Below are positions 57,832 to 64,000 of a DNA stretch of 64,000 bases, piece by piece. The position numbers and the translations under genes were made by a program. Below the pieces are notes generated by a model. The model made no database searches and was not told the origin of the DNA. It worked only from the letters and a program-made list of their open reading frames with translations. Numbering within the stretch: position 1 is the first letter of the stretch; the number at the start of each line of letters is the position of its first letter. Source of the DNA: Salpingoeca rosetta (lineage: Eukaryota > Protista > Choanoflagellata); assembly GCA_033442325.1 (NCBI GenBank), contig JAWQFM010000008.1, positions 1,895,309 to 1,959,308 of the forward strand, in the 5' to 3' direction.

Positions 57832-60363
57832 TCACGCATCTGTTCCGTCCATGTCCTCCTCGCCATCGCCGTCATCATCATCAAGCCGAAGCTCGTGCAG
57901 ATCAGCAGCAACCACTCCTATCCCCTGCCCATGCTCCGCCTGCGTGCCGTCGTGCTGTGCAGCCTGCACCTCGCCAATCAGCCACGCCGCAGCGTCGACC
58001 GCTGTTGGGAACGTGAGTGTGTCGTCATCTACATCCACGGCAAACGCAGCCTCCCCATGCCCGTCGTTGCGGCGATGGTGCAAGAGCGTGTGGTACACGC
58101 GTCCACCGCTGGTGCAGGAGAGGAGGAGTCTGTCTGGACGCAGTGCCGACGACGACACGAGGAACGATGCCTCTGCACTCTTCTTCAACAGGTCCTCCAC
58201 CTGGGAGCGACTGAAGTTGGACTTGAAGAATGGCTGCATGTGCAGCGGCATGGATGCGTCTGCGGCCATGTGGTGCGCAAGATCGTGGCCGTCGTGGTCG
58301 TCAAATGGCTGCGGGGTCAACACCAGCTTGTCTGTCGGCAGAGACGCTGCCGGCGGGTCTTCCACGGAGAGAAGCACAAACACCTGCGTTCCGTCTTCCA
58401 ACCTGACAATGTCAAACAACAAAATACACGGCGTCGTCACAACGTGTGAGCACAGGAAACAAACCCAAAGCACAGACATAGACACAGGCACAGACGCAGA
58501 CACAGACGCAGACACACAACACAGCACACAATGTCTTTCACACACACAACACAGCACACATCAGCTCTCACACACACACTCTCTCTCACGCTCACTTTCA
58601 CATACGCACACACGCGCGCGCACACGCAGGCACACACCTGTGCTTTGTGAAGCGCTGCTCGAGCTGGTGCTTCGGCGTGTTGCCGGGCGTGCGCATGAAG
58701 ACGACCCCTGGCGTCTCGGGATGCGACTTGAGAAAGTAGAATGCATACTGGAGTGCCGCTTCCTGCACGAACCGAGCGAGCGCGGTTGCATTGACAATAC
58801 CCATGCGATCCTCCCTGCTGCGCGCCACAAGATCCACCACATCCACAGGCTGCCCTTCCTCAATGCAGTCAAATGCCTGGTCCAAGACAATGTAGGCGCC
58901 CGTATGGGACACGCTGTCGTTGCAGTGCACGAGCAGCGGCGTGCGGCGCCGGTCTGTCTTGCGTCGATCTGCTCGCACCGTCAGCATCATCTCCACCAGC
59001 GGCCGCGGGTACATGCGGGCGCCATCTGATGTGGCAGGGACGCCGCCGGGGGCGGGGGGCCAGGCGTGGTACCAGTACAGCACTACCTCGCGCGTAGCAC
59101 CCGAGGCGTGCTCAAAGTCCAGCACAAGCCGGTCGTAGCAGTCCTTGCTGTCATCCACTTCCGCAAGCGTCACAGACATGTCGTCCATATGCATGGTTTG
59201 ATTGACCTGCACGTAATCGAGAGTGAGGTGAGAAGGAGGGGAGGGGGAGGTGAGTTGGTTGCACGTACAGCGGCTGATTGAATGTGTGCTCTGGGGGATA
59301 CGTTGTGCATGTGTTTGTGCCGCACGTGTGCAACTGTTTGTCTGTTTGTTAGTTGTGCAAATGGGCGTAAGCGTCATCATATTGGTTGGAGAGGCGGGTG
59401 AGCCAGGAGAGCACACTCACGTTGCTTGGCCAATACTTTTGACCATGAGGCTGTCCAATTTCGGCCAAGAGCACCATGAAGCCGACGTTGTGGTTCCAAA
59501 TCATTTGCAGGAACGGCCGGAGTGTCGTCAGCGACGGTGTCTAGGAAAAGAACAGAGGGTGCGGTTGCGTTGATGAGAGAGTGCAGTACACGCGCGTGTG
59601 TGGTTGTGTTCGACTGTGAGGCACAACAGAAGTACAGCTATGGCAGCACCCGACAGCCCATGGCAACATGCGGAATACCAACGCAAGCGCAATTGCAGTG
59701 TTTTGCTTGCATGCAAGCAAACAAGCAAGCAAATAAGCAAGGATGAAGATGAACGAACAAGCGAAGCGCACAGCATCACGCACAGTGAGGGTGTGATCTC
59801 ACCTCTGCTGCGATGTATTCGCAGGCCTTGTCTGGAGAGTAGCTGCGGACCCAGCTGGCGTTGACATATGTCATGTCTGAAGGGTGCAGCAGGACCTGGC
59901 TCACGTAGTTGGGGAAGATGTTGCTCCACCGGTTCCAGTCCGGGTGCAGCGCTGCATCTGAAGGGTCTGATGCGCGCAAGGGCAGGTCCACGAACGCGGT
60001 CACATCCAAGGGGCGAATCTCGATGCTGCCCTCCAAGTGCGATGGCAGCGCTGCCAGCTCAGCTTGGCGTTGCTGTTGTGTTGGGGCCAGCCTCTTCAAT
60101 TGGCCATCGCGTTGTTGTTGTTGTTGTTGCTGCCGTTGTTGCTGGTGCTGTTGTTTTGGGTCGTGTCTGGCTGCAACAGAGGAGCGGACAGAGACGACGT
60201 CGTCGTCAGTGTTGTTGGCGTTGAGCACGACGGATGTGCGTGCGCTGCCGACTGTTGGTGCACGGGTGACTTGTTCCCGCGGCCTCCATGTTCCTTGCTG
60301 CCCAATGTTTGCTGGTCCAGACTTGGATGGATCAAACGCATCCCGGCTTGCCCTCTGGCCCAT
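57832..60363 (-). CDS. Predicted catalytically inactive classical PTP with degenerate C-terminal SH2 domain (606 aa)
   Basis: Exons 60363-59803, 59540-59421, 59206-58638, 58402-57832 (1821 nt). PTP motifs NRWSNIFP, YVNASWV, YIAAE-TP, FLQMIW, KYWP, WYHAWPP, PLLVHCNDSVSHTG. SH2-like PFFKSNFSRSQVEDLL...SFLVSSS...LLLS...VYHTLL. Confidence 0.85.
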
Positions 60364-60972
60364 TTTTATAATCTTTCTTTGGTTTAGGGAGGGGGAGGGG
60401 GTGGGGTGCAGGTGCAGGTGAAGGCAGGGGGGGGGAGGAGGTGAGTTGTGCTGTTGTATTTGTATGCGTTGTGGTTGTTTGTTTTATTCTGTTGGCTTGG
60501 GTTGGGCGGTTGGCTGCTGGCTGGCGACGATGCGCGTTGCTTGCGAGCGAAACAAGCGACAGGATAAATTGTGTTCGCATCGCGGTTGCGTTGGTTGGGG
60601 TGGGAATCGTTTCTGTCGTGCCTTCGCCGTGTCCTCCACCACCCGCACAAACACTTACCGCACACGACAGCAGCAGCAGCAAACGAGTTGCTCGTCGCTC
60701 CAGTTAGCCAGGCAGCCCAAATCGCGAGCCACCACACTCAGCGGCAGCTTCAGCAACTTCACCGCACACACACACACACACACGCACACACACGTGCGCG
60801 CTCTCAGTGCTTGTGCACTTGGTTGAGGGAGCGTGTGACACGCGTGCAAACTGCAACGAACCAAACAGCACACAGATACATCACACTTGACACACTCTGG
60901 GTTGCGCACGCATACGGAGTCACACGCATACAACAATACCCCCCCCCCCTTCACACACACATACATACACAC

Positions 60973-61041
<69 letters not shown>

Positions 61042-61101
61042 ACGTGCGCAGCACAAGACAGGGAAAAGACAAGAAGACCAAGAGCACAAAGCAGTGCGGT
61101 C

Positions 61102-61803
61102 ATGGCCTGCCAGCATCTCCAACCATGTGAGCGGCCAAAGGCCATCAACGTGCTCAAGGCTTACGTTCATTTGCTGAAGCCCTCAGTGCAAGCAGCGCAC
61201 GCGGCCAACACACTGGGCAATTCCTCCATCAACGACGACGATGTGATGGCGCGTGCAACCGCCAGCGCCGACTTACACCACCCCACATCGTCGCTGCACC
61301 AGCATGCGCACTCCCCTCCACCGGATTTGCTCGAGCCCGCCTCCTGCCACCTGTTTGGGATTGATGGGCTCAGCGATCTCCTGCCGCCCGCACACAGCGA
61401 GCCCCCGTCCAGGGCCCAGAGCGCCACTCCGCACGCATCCGACATGTCGTCGCTTCTCGCCTTCCGCACGGACAGTAACAGCAACAGCAGAGCCGCCCCC
61501 GCTGCCTTTGGAGGTGGCAGTGGGGGCGGGCGGTCGTGGTCCCCACCGGTCGCCTGTGACACGTGTAACGTCGCAGAACAGCACATGACGTTCATCTGTC
61601 TTGACTGCGTCCACATCACCTGCCTGCACCATTACGCGGACCACATGCATCAGTCTGGCCACAGCTTCTTCCTCGCCCCAGATCACCGCCAGCTCTTCTG
61701 CGCCAGCTGTGCCGATTTCACATACAGCGATATTGTCGCACACGCCATCGAAGTTGCAACGTAAGCCTCTTTGTGATGCCACGTGTACGTGAGTGAGTGA
61801 GCG

Positions 61804-61890
<87 letters not shown>

Positions 61891-62886
61891 TGGCGCTTTT
61901 ACATGTGCATCTTGTCATGAGCGAGGTGACTCTGACACACGCACACACATACACACATACACACACACACACACATATACACACATATACACACACATAC
62001 ACACCCACACACACCCAGGCTGTATTTGGCGAAGGATGTGCCGTACAACCTGTGCGATGACACCGTGTTGCAGACCTGCAGCCGCTACAACTCAGATGGG
62101 TGTGGTCTGCTCCCGTGTCCGCACACGTGGGGCCACCACCGCCCCTGCTCGTCGTCCTCCCACGACAGCAAAGACGGCCTGCGTGTGTTTTGCACAACAA
62201 GCAACGCTGACAGCGGGGCAGGGTCAGATACAAGCGCATCCCTGCACCATCATCATCACCACCATCACCATCACCAGCATCAACAGCACCGTGCTGATGA
62301 GTACGAGGCACCGGTGAATCTTGATGGCTCAACCCCATTCGCCGACGCTGCTGCCATCACGCGCGCAGACAACGCCCACAGCACCACCAACAGCAACAGC
62401 CGCCGCCACAACCCATACTCCCAGCACCACCAGCACCACCACCAGCACCACCAGCACCACCAGCACCACCAGCAAGAAACAAGCAGTGCACCGCCACCGT
62501 CGTCGTCGTCGTCGTTGCCGCACCAGCACAAGCGGGAGCAGTGGCGCAACACATCTGTCTCTCCAGCGTCGCTGTCGTCTGGAAGTCCAAAATCGTACAC
62601 ACCGCCGCCACCGCCACAGGCAAACACCATCCTCTCGTCCCACTCCCACTTTGGTCAGTGCTGTGTCGCGTGTGCGTCATGTGTGTATTGTGTGTGTGTG
62701 TGTGTGCTAGTGTGTGCTAGTGTGTGCTAGTGTGTGTGTATGCGTGTGTGTTCACATGTGTGTGTTGAGTGCGCAAAACCGAGCGCGACATTGTTGCCAC
62801 AATTTGCTGACATCTTCACCACTGCTGGCGTGTGCACATGTGCAGGTCTCGGGTTGCGCGGTCTGAGCAATCTTGGGCAGACCTGT
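61102..62886 (+). CDS. USP22/Ubp8-like deubiquitinase, 5' part (zf-UBP and start of the USP Cys box), truncated by a gap
   Basis: MACQHL, CDTC..ICLDCVHITC..H..DHMHQSGHSF..LFCASCADFTY, then GLRGLSNLGQTC immediately before the N run. Confidence 0.85.
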
Positions 62887-62986
62887 NNNNNNNNNNNNNN
62901 NNNNNNNNNNNNNNNNNNNNNNNNNNNNNNNNNNNNNNNNNNNNNNNNNNNNNNNNNNNNNNNNNNNNNNNNNNNNNNNNNNNNNN

Positions 62987-63293
62987 AGCAGCAGCAGCAA
63001 CGAGTTGCTCGTCGCTCCAGTTAGCCAGGCAGCCCAAATCGCGAGCCACCACACTCAGCGGCAGCTTCAGCAACTTCACCGCACACACACACACACACAC
63101 GCACACACACGTGCGCGCTCTCAGTGCTTGTGCACTTGGTTGAGGGAGCGTGTGACACGCGTGCAAACTGCAACGAACCAAACAGCACACAGATACATCA
63201 CACTTGACACACTCTGGGTTGCGCACGCATACGGAGTCACACGCATACAACAATAACCCCCCCTTCACACACACATACATACATACACACACA

Positions 63294-63333
<40 letters not shown>

Positions 63334-63346
63334 TACATACACACAC

Positions 63347-63377
<31 letters not shown>

Positions 63378-64000
63378 CCACGTGCGCAGCACAAGACAGG
63401 GAAAAGACAAGAAGACCAAGAGCACAAAGCAGTGCGGTCATGGCCTGCCAGCATCTCCAACCATGTGAGCGGCCAAAGGCCATCAACGTGCTCAAGGCTT
63501 ACGTTCATTTGCTGAAGCCCTCAGTGCAAGCAGCGCACGCGGCCAACACACTGGGCAATTCCTCCATCAACGACGACGATGTGATGGCGCGTGCAACCGC
63601 CAGCGCCGACTTACACCACCCCACATCGTCGCTGCACCAGCATGCGCACTCCCCTCCACCGGATTTGCTCGAGCCCGCCTCCTGCCACCTGTTTGGGATT
63701 GATGGGCTCAGCGATCTCCTGCCGCCCGCACACAGCGAGCCCCCGTCCAGGGCCCAGAGCGCCACTCCGCACGCATCCGACATGTCGTCGCTTCTCGCCT
63801 TCCGCACGGACAGTAACAGCAACAGCAGAGCCGCCCCCGCTGCCTTTGGAGGTGGCAGTGGGGGCGGGCGGCCGTGGTCCCCACCCGGTCGCCTGTGACA
63901 CGTGTAACGTCGCAGAACAGCACATGACGTTCATCTGTCTTGACTGCGTCCACATCACCTGCCTGCACCATTACGCGGACCACATGCATCAGTCTGGGCA
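62987..64000 (+). repeat. Near-identical duplicate of about 60670-61660 (promoter and exon 1 of the USP gene) after a gap
   Basis: Same sequence apart from microsatellite length changes, a few substitutions and a 1-nt insertion near 63886 that frameshifts the copy. Confidence 0.85.

Noticed and set aside
57851-59029. 392-aa plus-strand ORF
   Set aside because: It is the antisense shadow of the PTP-SH2 gene, crosses an intron and has no motifs.

Overview
Gene-dense, intron-rich eukaryotic DNA saturated with (CA)n/(TG)n and trinucleotide microsatellites. The style and gene content (PTP plus SH2, C-type lectin, CCP modules) suggest a choanoflagellate, most likely Salpingoeca rosetta; this is inference only. 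I assembled 18 spliced protein-coding genes by hand. Housekeeping genes: MRPS2, Na+/Ca2+ exchanger, DNAJC8, PRPF19, LSM8, TAF10, LTV1, WDR55, CDC40 and a USP22/Ubp8-like gene cut by a gap. The most notable genes are: (1) a ribosomal stalk protein of the P3 type, which is normally described as plant-specific; (2) a NEMP-like nuclear-envelope protein ending in a LEM domain; (3) an SSxYG-repeat protein ending in an alpha-tubulin/EB-like acidic EEY tail; (4) a secreted selectin-like mosaic (CTL, 9 six-Cys CCP repeats, CTL, 2 PAN-like domains) joined only by phase-1 introns; (5) a putatively myristoylated PTP-SH2 protein in which both domains have lost their key Arg; (6) a protein with a partial p25alpha domain and no DCX domain. 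Seven gene pairs are head-to-head. There are four 100-N gaps, three of which border two near-identical duplicated segments that are probably assembly artefacts. I recognised no RNA genes, transposons or CRISPR arrays. All family calls come from remembered motifs, not database searches.
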